Assembly: GCA_963422735.1 (NCBI GenBank)
Contig: OY730476.1
Span: 2,528,001-2,592,000 of the forward strand
Reading direction: 5' to 3'
DNA length: 64,000 nucleotides
From: Candidatus Latescibacterota bacterium
GTDB taxonomy: Bacteria; Latescibacterota; UBA2968; UBA8231
Below, in pieces: positions 1 to 10,496 of this stretch (positions within the stretch are counted from its first letter, which is position 1; each line of letters begins with the position of its first letter). Under the pieces are notes generated by a model. The model saw only the letters and a list, made by a program, of their open reading frames with translations. It made no database searches and was not told where the DNA came from. Position numbers and translations under genes: made by a program.

Positions 1-1
1 A

Positions 2-1918
2 GCGATTACTTGGCGCGGGGTGGCTCTGGGTGGACTAACGATTGCCGTGATGTTCACCTACCTCATCCTCTATGCGGGGATGGGGGCGGGATCTGAGGGC
101 TATGTGCAGTCGCAGTTCCCGATGATGGCGTTTATACCCTTCGTCCTCTGGCTGTTCCTCAATGCGATACTGGCGCGGATTTCGCCCCGGTTGGTGCTGA
201 GCCAAGGCGAGTTGTTGACCATTTTCGCGATGGTGTGGATTGTCGGCGCGATCCCACAATGGGGGTGGATGGAGTATTGGGTCGCGCTGATGGCGGCGCC
301 TGCCTATATGGCCACGCCCGAGAATCAATGGGCGGAGATAGTCTGGCCCTTCATGCCTTGGCACGTCTTTCCCGATACTGCGCCGCGGGTAGTAGAGGCC
401 TTCTGGTTGGGGCAGGTCACGGGGACGCCGGTGCCTTGGGATGGCTGGTACGCACCGCTGAGCCAGTGGTTTGGAGTTTCCGTCGCCATGGTGGCGTTTG
501 GGTTTGCACTGGTGGTGATTTTCCAGCGGCAATGGGTCGAGGCGGAGAAGCTGAGCTTTCCTTTGGCGCGGATGCCGCTGGAGCTGACCGAGGGCTTTGA
601 CGGACGAGGGCGGATGCCGGACTTCTTCCACAAGAAGCTTTTTTGGCTGGGCTTCAGTGTGGTTTTCCTGCCGACGCTCTACAATGTCATCAGCTATTTC
701 ACGCCCGGGCTGCCGCTTGTCGAGCTATGGACAGAGCACTACAGGCTCGTATTGCCCCGGCCCTTCCCCGGGCTGACCATCCGCTTGATGGCTCCGGTAT
801 TGGCCCTGACCTATATGTGCCCTTTGAATATCCTCGGCAGCTTAGTGTTCTTTGCGCTGTTGGCCGCGCTGAAGCTGGGCCTGATGCAGCAGGTGGGAGT
901 CCGCGTGGGGTTATCGGGCCAGGAAATAAGCGGTGGCGGCATTCTGCAGATGGAGAGTTTTGGCGCCTTGGTGTTCATTGCCGTGTGGTCGGTGTGGTTG
1001 GCCCGCAGCCATCTGCGCTCGGTGTGGCAGCAAGCCCTCACCGGCCAAGGAGACGACCGCGATGTCCGCTCCTATCGCTTGGCCTTGGCAACCCTGATCG
1101 CATCGGCGGCTTACGTGGTCGGTTGGGGGGTTAGTCTGGGGGTGAGCCTGCCTTTGTCGATCGGGGCCTTCCTGCTGATGGTAATGACGTACTTCGTAAC
1201 CATTAAGTTGGTCGCCGCCACCGGGTTTCCCTACCTGACCCCGAGTTGGGCCAATGCCAAAGGGGAGATGTTTGTCACCGAATTGATCGGCTCAGCCAAT
1301 TTATCACAGCAAAACTTGGTGTCGTTCAAGATATTTTCCAGCAACATGTTTTTCGGCAATATCCGCCTGCCGGTATGGCCGGCCTTACCGCATCTGCTGC
1401 GGATATTTCCTTTGCGCAGACAACCCAAACGAGTGGTGGCGGTGGTGGCGGTGGCCTTTCCGGTCGGCTTCCTGGTGGCGGCGTGGGCTACGATCTCTAT
1501 GGCCTATGACGTTGGAGCGACCAACCACCTGATGGTCATTATCGGGCTATACGATCAAATCGCACATATCCAGCTCAATCCCCGGGTCGCTGATCCGGGC
1601 AAGTGGGGCATCTATCTGCTAGGATTTTTCGAAGCGGCTGGACTGGCGTTTTTGCGGGGGCGATTCTATTGGTTTTCTCTGCATCCGATCGGTTTGGCCT
1701 ATCAGGCGACGGCGGGCACTTCGATCTATTGGTTTAGCCTGTTCCTAGTGTGGCTGGCCAAACTGGTCCTATTGCGCTACGGGGGAATTCGCGCCTACCG
1801 TACGGGCAAGCCCTTTTTCTTTGGTTTGGGGATCGGCTATGTCATTGGCGTGGTGTTTTCTGGAGTTGTCGATATGATCTGGTTCCGAGGGCAGATGCAC
1901 GTGGTCCACGATTGGTAA
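2..1918 (+). CDS. Polytopic membrane protein, DUF6785/DUF6784-like (putative transporter); probably 5'-truncated by the window edge
   Basis: Many TM segments; motifs RQWVEAEKLSFPL, WFSLHPIG and LRYGG..GKPFFFGL are shared with the paralog at 57172-59106; the frame is open back to position 2. Confidence 0.7.
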   Translation, partial: AITWRGVALGGLTIAVMFTYLILYAGMGAGSEGYVQSQFPMMAFIPFVLWLFLNAILARISPRLVLSQGELLTIFAMVWIVGAIPQWGWMEYWVALMAAPAYMATPENQWAEIVWPFMPWHVFPDTAPRVVEAFWLGQVTGTPVPWDGWYAPLSQWFGVSVAMVAFGFALVVIFQRQWVEAEKLSFPLARMPLELTEGFDGRGRMPDFFHKKLFWLGFSVVFLPTLYNVISYFTPGLPLVELWTEHYRLVLPRPFPGLTIRLMAPVLALTYMCPLNILGSLVFFALLAALKLGLMQQVGVRVGLSGQEISGGGILQMESFGALVFIAVWSVWLARSHLRSVWQQALTGQGDDRDVRSYRLALATLIASAAYVVGWGVSLGVSLPLSIGAFLLMVMTYFVTIKLVAATGFPYLTPSWANAKGEMFVTELIGSANLSQQNLVSFKIFSSNMFFGNIRLPVWPALPHLLRIFPLRRQPKRVVAVVAVAFPVGFLVAAWATISMAYDVGATNHLMVIIGLYDQIAHIQLNPRVADPGKWGIYLLGFFEAAGLAFLRGRFYWFSLHPIGLAYQATAGTSIYWFSLFLVWLAKLVLLRYGGIRAYRTGKPFFFGLGIGYVIGVVFSGVVDMIWFRGQMHVVHDW

Positions 1919-2154
1919 AGGGGCTATGTCCGCGATCTGTTGGGCTTGGGTGCAGACCTCGTCAACGCCAGCGTTGTAACAGCCGCTTTCGAAGTTGACA
2001 AATTGGGGTGAGCGATTGAAGGCGTTGCGGTCGGTCGTCGATGGCGAGCGGAGATTGGTCAGCCAATGTTGCGCTGGCAGCGTGGACCTACTGGCTGTTG
2101 TCGGGTGATAGCAAGGGCCGGGCTAGTCTTGAAGAAATCCCTACTCACTCACCT

Positions 2155-3042
2155 CTATGGACGCTCGTATTTGGGGTCCAGTGCATCGCGTAAACCGTCG
2201 CCTAGAAACGAAAAGCCCAGCATAGTCAGGGCGATGGCGACAGTCGGGAATAGCGCTAGATGCCAGTAGATGCGGACATAGGCGTTGGAGACGCCGACCA
2301 TCTTGCCCCAACTGGCCATCGGATCGTTAATCCCCAAACCGATAAAGCTCAAACCCGCTTCGGCGAAGATGGTGCCTGGGATACCAAAGCTGACAGCGAC
2401 TAGGATTGGGGTCAGCGCGTTGATAAGTAGGTCGCGGAAGATAATTTTGCGCGTCGGCACACCCAGTGCCCTTGCCGCTAGGGCGTATTCTTGCTCGCGC
2501 AGGGTCAAAAATTGTGCCCGCGTCAGCCGGGCGATGCCGATCCAGCCAGTGATGCCCAAGGCGACGACAATAGTCGCCAAGCCGCCTTCGAGGACCGAGA
2601 TGATGAGGATGGCAAAGAGCAAGCTGGGAAAGGCGGTCATCACGTCAATGATGCGGGTGACGACAAAATCGAGTCGCCCGCCGAAATAGCCAGCGAGGGC
2701 ACCGACCGGCACCCCGATTAACACGGCGAGGGCCTGGACCAGCAGACTGACGGTTAGCGAGGTGCGGGCACCGTAGATTAGGCGGCTGAGATAGTCGCGT
2801 CCAACCTCGTCGGTGCCCAGCAGGTGATCCGGGTGTTGCAAAGGCGCGAGCAAAACCTTGTCGAAATAAGCGTGGTCGTAGGGGAAGGGCGCGAGAAGAT
2901 CGGCGAAGATTGCCAAAAAGGAAATCACGCCGACAATGGCCAGGCCAATGACGGCGAGGCGGTTGCGCACAAAACGCCGTCGGGCGTCGGCCCAAAAGGA
3001 GCGGTGGGCACCGTCGATTCCGTCGTCGAGGGACTCGGTCAT
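2155..3042 (-). CDS. oppC: Oligopeptide ABC transporter permease (OppC/DppC family)
   Basis: HLLGTDEVGRDYLSRLIYGAR, EAA-like loop EYALAARALG, C-terminal GDGLRDALDP; ATG at 3042 overlaps the upstream stop. Confidence 0.9.
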   Translation of the reverse strand: MTESLDDGIDGAHRSFWADARRRFVRNRLAVIGLAIVGVISFLAIFADLLAPFPYDHAYFDKVLLAPLQHPDHLLGTDEVGRDYLSRLIYGARTSLTVSLLVQALAVLIGVPVGALAGYFGGRLDFVVTRIIDVMTAFPSLLFAILIISVLEGGLATIVVALGITGWIGIARLTRAQFLTLREQEYALAARALGVPTRKIIFRDLLINALTPILVAVSFGIPGTIFAEAGLSFIGLGINDPMASWGKMVGVSNAYVRIYWHLALFPTVAIALTMLGFSFLGDGLRDALDPKYERP

Positions 3043-4007
3043 CAGGCTTCTTTTCTGCCGCCGAGTTTGACGCGCGGGTCGATGAGAGTATAGGCGATAT
3101 CGGTCAGCATATAGGTGATACCCCACAATAGGGCCACCAGCAGGAAAGTCGCCATGATCATCGGGTAGTCGCGGTTGAGGGTGCTGGTGACGAAGAACTT
3201 ACCGAGGCCATTGATGCGGAAGATGGTCTCGATAAAGATGCTGCCGGTGATGAGGTTGGGTATTTCGGTGCCCAGCGCAGTGACCATCGGGATCTGTGCA
3301 TTGCGCAGCACGTGGTGCCGCATGACCTTTGCTTCGCTCAGGCCCTTGGCTCGGGCGGTGCGCACATAGTCCTCGCCGATGACATCGACGATGCTGGCGC
3401 GGGTGTAGCGAGCAATGATCGCCATCGGTGCCAGCGCGTAGGCTAAGACCGGCAGAATCCAATCCGAGCACAGGATATCGCCGCAGAGGCAGGATCCGGA
3501 ATTGCTCCAGCCGCCGGTGGGCAGCCACTGCCGTGCAACCCCGAAAAACAGGATAAACCACATCGCCACCACGAAATTGGGCACGGTGACGCCGAGCATC
3601 GCGCCAAAGGTCACGATATTGTCAATCCAACTGTTCTGGCGATAGGCAGCTAACATGCCGGCGGCTATCCCACAGCTAAAGGCCACGAGGATCGTCATCA
3701 CGCCGACTTGCACAGTGACGATCCAGGTCTTGCCAATCAGTGCGGCGACTGTGGTCTGCGGCTGCTGGTAGGGGATGCCGAAGTCGAAGCGAACCGCGTG
3801 GCTCATGTAGTTGAGGTATTGCTGCCAGACGGGTTTGTCGAGGCCGTATTTGCGCTCAATATTCTCGCGTGCGGCTTTGGGCAGTTTGGCCTGTTGGGTG
3901 TCGAAGGGGCCGCCTGGCACCGAGTGCATCAGTGCGAAAACGATCATCGACACTGCGAGTAGCACAAAGGCCAGGGCGATCAAGCGGCGGGCCAGATAGA
4001 AAAGCAT
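3042..4007 (-). CDS. oppB: Oligopeptide ABC transporter permease (OppB/DppB family)
   Basis: PGGPF, YGLDKPVWQQY, DYVRTARAKGL, IDPRV motifs. Confidence 0.92.
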   Translation of the reverse strand: MLFYLARRLIALAFVLLAVSMIVFALMHSVPGGPFDTQQAKLPKAARENIERKYGLDKPVWQQYLNYMSHAVRFDFGIPYQQPQTTVAALIGKTWIVTVQVGVMTILVAFSCGIAAGMLAAYRQNSWIDNIVTFGAMLGVTVPNFVVAMWFILFFGVARQWLPTGGWSNSGSCLCGDILCSDWILPVLAYALAPMAIIARYTRASIVDVIGEDYVRTARAKGLSEAKVMRHHVLRNAQIPMVTALGTEIPNLITGSIFIETIFRINGLGKFFVTSTLNRDYPMIMATFLLVALLWGITYMLTDIAYTLIDPRVKLGGRKEA

Positions 4008-4051
4008 CGCCTATGGCCCCGGGTGCGCTCTTTGGCAGTGATCGCCGGTCA

Positions 4052-5755
4052 TTATTGCGCCATGCCGATGTATATATCGCCCCACATCCAGTCGTTGCCG
4101 GAGTGGTTGCCGTAGGTCCCTTCTGGCCCCGGCTCGCGGATGCTGGCACCACGAACCGTGGGCCGAAACAGGTCGCCGGCCCAGCGGTGGGCGATAAAGG
4201 CTCCGCCGACATCGTCGACGAGAAGCCGCTCGGCATCGCGGAAAAGCTGGTCGCGGCGCTGGGGGTCGCCCATTAAGTTGCTGGCCTCGTCTAGGATGGC
4301 GTCGAAGCGTTGGTTGCGCCAGGAGTGGCGACCGCTGCTGACCCAGATGCCGAGCAAGTTGATGGGGTCGGCAAAGTCGATGCTATAGGCGACGGCACCC
4401 AGCGCAATGCCAGTGGGTCGCTCGTGTAGGGCGTTCATAAAGACTTTGTTGTCTTTGTTCGAGACTTGGATCGAGACGCCCAAACACTGGGAGATCGAGG
4501 CAGCGGCAGCTTGATAGACTGAGGCAATGCCGGGATTTTCGTTGCGCAACCACATCACCTGCGGCGGAAAGCTAACACCGTCAGAGTAGCCGGCTTGGGC
4601 TAGGTGTTCCTTAGCTAGGCCACAGTCGAAGCGCTGATAGTGGGCAAGTTGACCCTGTACATCGGCGGCGGGAAAGCCAGGCATGAGCATGGAATGGGCG
4701 GGCATGGCCTTGATCTCGCCGTAGACGCCCTTGACGATGGCCTCGCGGTCGATGGCGTGGGCGAAGGCCTTGCGCACATTGATGTCGTTGAAGGGTGGGT
4801 TGTGCGCGTCGAAGAAGACATAGTCGGTGCCGATCAGACCGGGGCGCAAGTAGTTGGCTTGCAGCTCGGGGTCGCGCTGGATGGTGGCGAAATCGGCTGG
4901 CGACAAGTCGTTGAAGTTTAAGGTGTCAATTTCGTTGTTGAGATAGGCGATAAAATAGGTCGCTGGCGACAGGTATATCCCCTCGATCCGCGCCAACCTC
5001 GGCGGTCGGTAGCCCGCGTAGTGCGGGTTGGCCTTGAAAACTACTTTGAAACCGTGGTCGAAAGACTCCAGCATAAAGGGGCCGGACGAGACTGAGGTGG
5101 TCGGGTCGTTGTTGTAGTAGGGGCCGTGCGTCTCCAGTGCCTTCTTCTGCAGCGCGAAGGCGTATTTCATGATTTTGGGCAGTGGCGGAAACACGCCCTT
5201 GGTCACAATCTCGAGGGTGCGGTCGTCCACGGCGCGGACCCCCAATGCTTCGATAGGTAGTTTTCCGGCAATGACCTCGTCCCAGTTCTCGATCCCACCC
5301 TTATCGATGAAAGTGTAGTACCAGGCGAAATCCCAAGCGTGATCGGGACTGGCACTGAAGCGGAAGGTTGCGACGTAGTCGTGGGCGGTGACAGGGGTGC
5401 CATCGCTCCACATCAGACCCTCGCGCAAAACAAAGGTCCAAGTCACTCCGTCGTCGGCGACCGACCAACTTTCAGCGGCACCAGGTTGGGGATTTTGCGC
5501 CTTGTCGAAGGTGACCAACGGATCGTTGAAGAGATTGGACCCGCAATAGGGCTGATAGACGCTGACCGAAAAGTCGAAAGTGATCGAGTTGGCGGTATTG
5601 TTGCAGGGGATGCGGTACACCTGCTGGTCATAGGGTAGCGCGTCGGGCGGCAAGTCCAGACTAAGGATGGTCTTTTCTTGGGCACTGCCGGGGCGGATGA
5701 AAAGCGCGAAAATAGCGATCAACAGCGGGACGGAAGTTGTAATGTTGTTTTTCAT
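4052..5755 (-). CDS. oppA: Peptide ABC transporter substrate-binding protein (family 5)
   Basis: Signal peptide; AESWSVADDGVTWTFVLREGLMWSDGTPVTAHD family-5 signature; PPFNDINVRKAFAHAIDR. Confidence 0.9.
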   Translation of the reverse strand: MKNNITTSVPLLIAIFALFIRPGSAQEKTILSLDLPPDALPYDQQVYRIPCNNTANSITFDFSVSVYQPYCGSNLFNDPLVTFDKAQNPQPGAAESWSVADDGVTWTFVLREGLMWSDGTPVTAHDYVATFRFSASPDHAWDFAWYYTFIDKGGIENWDEVIAGKLPIEALGVRAVDDRTLEIVTKGVFPPLPKIMKYAFALQKKALETHGPYYNNDPTTSVSSGPFMLESFDHGFKVVFKANPHYAGYRPPRLARIEGIYLSPATYFIAYLNNEIDTLNFNDLSPADFATIQRDPELQANYLRPGLIGTDYVFFDAHNPPFNDINVRKAFAHAIDREAIVKGVYGEIKAMPAHSMLMPGFPAADVQGQLAHYQRFDCGLAKEHLAQAGYSDGVSFPPQVMWLRNENPGIASVYQAAAASISQCLGVSIQVSNKDNKVFMNALHERPTGIALGAVAYSIDFADPINLLGIWVSSGRHSWRNQRFDAILDEASNLMGDPQRRDQLFRDAERLLVDDVGGAFIAHRWAGDLFRPTVRGASIREPGPEGTYGNHSGNDWMWGDIYIGMAQ

Positions 5756-6801
5756 CTGTCTAATAAATCGGCTGCCTGCACTGGAGTACTAGGCTGGCGC
5801 AGCAGACAGGCGACTTGGCGTCCGGCACCGATAGTGGTTAGTTGTGGGATGGTCGTTTCGCATTGTGCTTGGCGCTCGGCGCAGCGGGGGTGGAACGGAC
5901 AGCCAGTGGGGATCGCAGTCGGGTTGGGCGCGTCACCGTCGAGGAGGATTCTCGTCCGGCGCTTTTGGGGGTTGGGGACGGGTGCCGCCGAGAGCAAGGC
6001 TTGGGTATAGGGGTGCAAAGGGGTGTCATAGAGCGCAGCTTTGGGGGCCAATTCGACGATCTTGCCCAGATACATTACGGCGACCCGGTCGGAGATGTGG
6101 CGCACGACGCTGAGATCGTGGGCGATAAACATATAGGTCAACCCCATGTCGGCTTGGATGTCCTGTAGCAGGTTGACGATCTGGGCTTGGACCGAAACAT
6201 CGAGAGCAGAAACTGGTTCGTCGGCGACGATAAAACGCGGCTCGACAGCTAGGGCGCGGGCGATGCCGATTCGCTGGCGCTGGCCGCCGGAGAATTCGTG
6301 CGGGTATCGATGAGCAGCCACAGCGGGCAAGCCGACCATTTCCAGCAGTTGCGCGACTCGGGCACCGACCTCTTTGCCGCGTGCGAGATGATGGGTGGTG
6401 ATTCCTTGGGCAATGATCTTGTGTACTGTCAGCCGCGGGTTTAGCGAACTGTAGGGATCTTGGAAGACTACCTGCATTTGGCGGCGGATAGCGCGCATGG
6501 GCCCACCGGACAGACGGCTGATGTCGACACCGGCGAAATGCACTTGGCCAGCGGTGGGTTCGATCAAGCGCAGGATCAGACGCCCGAGGGTGGTTTTACC
6601 ACACCCGCTCTCGCCGACTACGCCGAGGGTTTCGCCCTTGTGGACGGCCAGCGACACGTCGTTGACGGCCCGCACTTGACCGGTGGGCCGGCCCCAGCGG
6701 CTTTTGCGGATGGCGAAGTGCTTGGTCAGACCGATGGTGGCCAATAGCGGGTCCGCGACTTGGAGCAAGGGCGTAGTACTGGTGGCTAAAGCTGGCAGCA
6801 T
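5752..6801 (-). CDS. oppF: Oligopeptide ABC transporter ATP-binding protein (OppF/DppF family)
   Basis: Walker A GESGCGKT, FSGGQRQR, DEPVSALD, C-terminal HPYT...GCPFHPRC; start codon uncertain. Confidence 0.9.
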   Translation of the reverse strand: MLPALATSTTPLLQVADPLLATIGLTKHFAIRKSRWGRPTGQVRAVNDVSLAVHKGETLGVVGESGCGKTTLGRLILRLIEPTAGQVHFAGVDISRLSGGPMRAIRRQMQVVFQDPYSSLNPRLTVHKIIAQGITTHHLARGKEVGARVAQLLEMVGLPAVAAHRYPHEFSGGQRQRIGIARALAVEPRFIVADEPVSALDVSVQAQIVNLLQDIQADMGLTYMFIAHDLSVVRHISDRVAVMYLGKIVELAPKAALYDTPLHPYTQALLSAAPVPNPQKRRTRILLDGDAPNPTAIPTGCPFHPRCAERQAQCETTIPQLTTIGAGRQVACLLRQPSTPVQAADLLDR

Positions 6802-6992
6802 GTGTAGTAGCGGTTGGCTGTAGAAATGGATCCCAAGCGGCCCCTGCACGCGAAGCGCGAAGCTTGACCGCCCGCACACAGTGTGGCTTTATTGGGCCGG
6901 CGCAACGGTTACCGTGCGTGATCGCGGTGAATATAATAGGATGCAGCCGCGATGCAAGAATTCGCCATGGACGTCTAACTCAGGATCAACTC

Positions 6993-8222
6993 TTGTCCGA
7001 TTCAAAAAAAACTTGGCCGGCTATCAATAAAGCAGAGGCCTACTGGAGAGATATTGCCGCTGATTTTATGCAGGCACCCGACGAGTCCTATCTCAATACC
7101 GGTTCTTGGGGGGTGTTGCATCGTTCGGTTTTCGACGCCTTAGTCAAGGGGTTGAAAGAGTTGGAGAGCAATCCGACGCACAACCGCGCCCAGCAGGTTG
7201 ACCGCATGAACCAAGCGCGGCGCGATCTAGGTGCCTTTCTCAACGCTGCACACGTTGACTTGGCTTTCACGACCAATGTCACCATCGCCATCAACCAAGT
7301 CGTCCACGGCCTCGATTGGCAGCCCGGCGACGAGATTTTGGCTTCCGACCAAGAATATGGTGCCATCGACAACTGCCTGCACCACGCCGAGCGCCGTTAT
7401 GGCGTTGCGGTGCGCCGAGCGCCGATCTCTATTCCGCCCGAGGAGCCCAAGCAAATCGTGGACTCTTTCCACCGGGCGCTGACCGCGCGGACGCGGCTGT
7501 TATTGGTCAGCCATGTAACGTCGCCTTCTGGGCTCATCACCCCGATCAAAGAGTTGGCCGAGTTGGCACACGCCCACGGCGCGATGATCGCCGTTGACGG
7601 GGCGCATGCCCCTGGGCAGATCCCTTTGGACCTGACCTACTACGGCTGTGATTTCTACGGCGGTAATTGTCACAAATGGCTCTGCGCGCCCAAGGGCACG
7701 GGATTTTTGTACGCCCAGTCGCAAGTACAGGATAAGCTTCACCACATCGCCGTTAGTCATGGCTACGACAACGACGGGCCCAAGCCCAATGATGCGGGAG
7801 TGCTTTGTATCAAGGGGCAGCCTTTTATGTGGCAGCTAACGGCTATCGGTACGCGCGAGTTGTCCTGTTTCGGAGCAGTAGCCGAGGCGGTGGCCCTGCA
7901 AAACGAGATCGGTAAGGAGCGAATCGCCGACCGCGGGCGGCAGTTAGCTGGCTATTTGCGCCAGCGCATGGCCGAAACGGGCTGGGTCGAACCGCTTTCC
8001 TCGCCACACCCGGATCTCTCCAATTCGATTTCCACGTTTCGGCTCAAAGGCTTTGGCTCCGACAATCCCGGACCGATCCTCTATGATAAATACCGGATCA
8101 CGACCCCGGTTTGGGGCCAAGCCGAGCCGGGTTATACCCAGCGGGTTTCCACCCATATCTACAACAACTTTGGCGAAATCGACCGCATGGTCGCGGCGCT
8201 AGACGAGATCAGAACGGGATAG
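6993..8222 (+). CDS. Class V PLP-dependent aminotransferase (isopenicillin N epimerase/cysteine desulfurase-like)
   Basis: YLNTGSWG, VDGAHAPG, GNCHKWLCAPKG (PLP lysine); TTG start at 6993 inferred from upstream AGGA. Confidence 0.85.
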   Translation: MSDSKKTWPAINKAEAYWRDIAADFMQAPDESYLNTGSWGVLHRSVFDALVKGLKELESNPTHNRAQQVDRMNQARRDLGAFLNAAHVDLAFTTNVTIAINQVVHGLDWQPGDEILASDQEYGAIDNCLHHAERRYGVAVRRAPISIPPEEPKQIVDSFHRALTARTRLLLVSHVTSPSGLITPIKELAELAHAHGAMIAVDGAHAPGQIPLDLTYYGCDFYGGNCHKWLCAPKGTGFLYAQSQVQDKLHHIAVSHGYDNDGPKPNDAGVLCIKGQPFMWQLTAIGTRELSCFGAVAEAVALQNEIGKERIADRGRQLAGYLRQRMAETGWVEPLSSPHPDLSNSISTFRLKGFGSDNPGPILYDKYRITTPVWGQAEPGYTQRVSTHIYNNFGEIDRMVAALDEIRTG

Positions 8223-8243
8223 ATGCCTGCGGCCAAGCAGGGA

Positions 8244-10496
8244 TTAGAGGTTCGACAAATAGGACAACTTGAGTAGCAGCACCCGATTGTCGGGCCGCGT
8301 GTTGCTCTGCGTCTGGTTGTACGCTAGGAAGAAATGGCTTTTGGGGCTGTACTCCCAGCCGAACAGGGCGCTGATCAGGTGATGGTTGTTGGTTTGTTGC
8401 TGCGGACTTAAGAGCTGTCGCCGTTCGGTCTGGGCGAAGATGCGCAGGAAGGTGTCGCGGGTAAACAGATAGGTCGTGCGCAGCGAGCCGACGGTGAAGC
8501 GGCCGTCTGCCTCGCCGCCCCGGTCGCGGGTCTGGGCCAAGGTGCCGCCGATGTCGATGGCTAAGTTGGTGAAGGGACGCAGAATGCCAAGGAGCGCGAG
8601 CTGGCGCTGTTGACCGACGGCCTGTCGCGAAAAGTTAAAGAAGTCGCCGATGAGGCCAGAGACCTCAACTGACGCTGGGCGCGAGGAGTTGGTGGCGATG
8701 AAAAACCCGAATTCGTTGGCGTCGAAAATATCGGTCAGTTCGATATTGTGGCTGCGCCCGTAGTGGACATCGAAATAGCTGACGAGCGTTTCGGTCAGTT
8801 CCATCCCCGCTTTCAGTTCGCTCTGCCAGCCGACTAAATCCTCCGCGAACTCGGGCGCAAGGGCACGTATAGGGTTGTCGTGATGCCAGTTGGCGAAATA
8901 GGCGGCGGCGTAAAGCCCCTTTGATATGCCAAGGTCCCCTTCGACGAATGCCCGGTGCCCCTTCCAGCGCGGCCCATAGCTCCCAGCCAGCACTAGCTGC
9001 TGCCAGCCGCGAAAAGGCTCTTTGCGCAGGAAACCGGTCTCGTTGGTGTCGAATCGGGGGGCGACTTGTTCTAGAACTAGTGAAGCTTCCCAGAGGAAAT
9101 TGCGCTGGCTGAGTTCGAGAGTGAGGGCCGAATGGTCTTGGTCCGGCCCGTTGCGGAAGCTCATCGCGTACTGGCCCTGGGCTTTATAGGTCTTGGCGAA
9201 GGTGATATTGGCATCGACGCCGCCGACCCGGCTGTGGGTGCCGTCGAGGTCTTTGCCGGCGTACATGACGCCGATATTCGACTGGCGTAAGATGTCTTTT
9301 TTGACGCGCAGTGCTGAGAAAAGCACCTCCTCGCTCAAGGCGGGCCCGTCGCCTAGTTCCAGCAGGCCGATGCCGCCGGTCTGGCTGCCTAAGAAACCGA
9401 GCGAGTAGTCGCCGACCTTACCGGTCATTTTGCTCCCCCAGACGATATCGCCCCGGCTGCCGATGCGCCGGCTGAAGAAGAGATCAAAAGGCGTTGAAAA
9501 AAAACTGTTGCCCTCGACGAAAAATGGGCGCTTCTCGGGAAAGCGGGTTGGAAAGCGAGTTAAGTTGATCTCGACTTGGTCAGCTTCGACCTGAGCGAAA
9601 TCGGGATTGACCGTCAGGTTGGCCTTCAGCGCTGCGGTCAGGTTGTATTGCAGGTCGAGGCCGATGGCACCTTGGCCCCCGGTGTCCTGCCCCGAGGTCT
9701 GGGACGCGCCCCCCACAGCATAGGGCGTGACCTCGAAGAGCTTGCCCGATTCGATATCGGCGAAGCCGACGGCATGGCCCAGATCCGACATCCGCGTGAA
9801 AACGCCCGCCTGGGTCATTTGTTTCCACACCGTCCATTCGTTCTTGCGTTTGTTTACGCGCTCAATGTCGAAGCCCCAGATCTGGTCTTGGCCCTTGGGA
9901 AAGCGGAAGTTGGCAAAGGGGATTTTGAATTCGGCGGTCCAACCGGCGGAGTCGATTTGCGTCTCAACCCACCATATGCCGCGCCAATTGCGGTCCGAGC
10001 TGCTGTCGTCGTAGCGGTAGCCATCAGCTTGGATGCCGCCCGGAGTGGTCGCAAAAGTGTACCCGGTGCGATGGTCGTGGTGCGGGTCAATGTAGAAGGA
10101 GATCCAGTCCGACGGGAAAATCTGGCCACGGCGGTCAAGACGGTTGACGATTTTTGTCGGTTCGGCGTCGTAGCAGCTAAACCCCACATAGAGGTTGTGG
10201 CGGTCATAAACGATATGGAATTGGGTGTCGTCGGTGGCGGGTGCGCCGCGCTGGGGTGCTAGTTGGCGCATGCCTTTTGCCGCTTGCGCCCGTTGCCAAG
10301 CCGCCTCGTCGAGGCGACCGTCAATGGTGGGTGGTGCTGCATCGCCGAGCTGGTAGGCTTGGATGACGTGTATGCCGAGATCTCCCGGATGGGCCAACAG
10401 GACAATGGGAGAAAAGGCAGTTAATAATAAGGCGATGACTGCGAGCACCGGCATTCTTTTGAGTCTTCTCAACATCTGTTGCCTCCTTATGGCCAT
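8244..10496 (-). CDS. Secreted/outer-membrane protein with CBM9-like N-terminal domain and DUF5916-like domain
   Basis: Signal peptide; PTIDGRLDEAAW, WTAEFKIPF, TVNPDFAQVEAD, FPEKRPFFVEG; beta-strand-rich C-terminus. Confidence 0.75.
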   Translation of the reverse strand: MAIRRQQMLRRLKRMPVLAVIALLLTAFSPIVLLAHPGDLGIHVIQAYQLGDAAPPTIDGRLDEAAWQRAQAAKGMRQLAPQRGAPATDDTQFHIVYDRHNLYVGFSCYDAEPTKIVNRLDRRGQIFPSDWISFYIDPHHDHRTGYTFATTPGGIQADGYRYDDSSSDRNWRGIWWVETQIDSAGWTAEFKIPFANFRFPKGQDQIWGFDIERVNKRKNEWTVWKQMTQAGVFTRMSDLGHAVGFADIESGKLFEVTPYAVGGASQTSGQDTGGQGAIGLDLQYNLTAALKANLTVNPDFAQVEADQVEINLTRFPTRFPEKRPFFVEGNSFFSTPFDLFFSRRIGSRGDIVWGSKMTGKVGDYSLGFLGSQTGGIGLLELGDGPALSEEVLFSALRVKKDILRQSNIGVMYAGKDLDGTHSRVGGVDANITFAKTYKAQGQYAMSFRNGPDQDHSALTLELSQRNFLWEASLVLEQVAPRFDTNETGFLRKEPFRGWQQLVLAGSYGPRWKGHRAFVEGDLGISKGLYAAAYFANWHHDNPIRALAPEFAEDLVGWQSELKAGMELTETLVSYFDVHYGRSHNIELTDIFDANEFGFFIATNSSRPASVEVSGLIGDFFNFSRQAVGQQRQLALLGILRPFTNLAIDIGGTLAQTRDRGGEADGRFTVGSLRTTYLFTRDTFLRIFAQTERRQLLSPQQQTNNHHLISALFGWEYSPKSHFFLAYNQTQSNTRPDNRVLLLKLSYLSNL

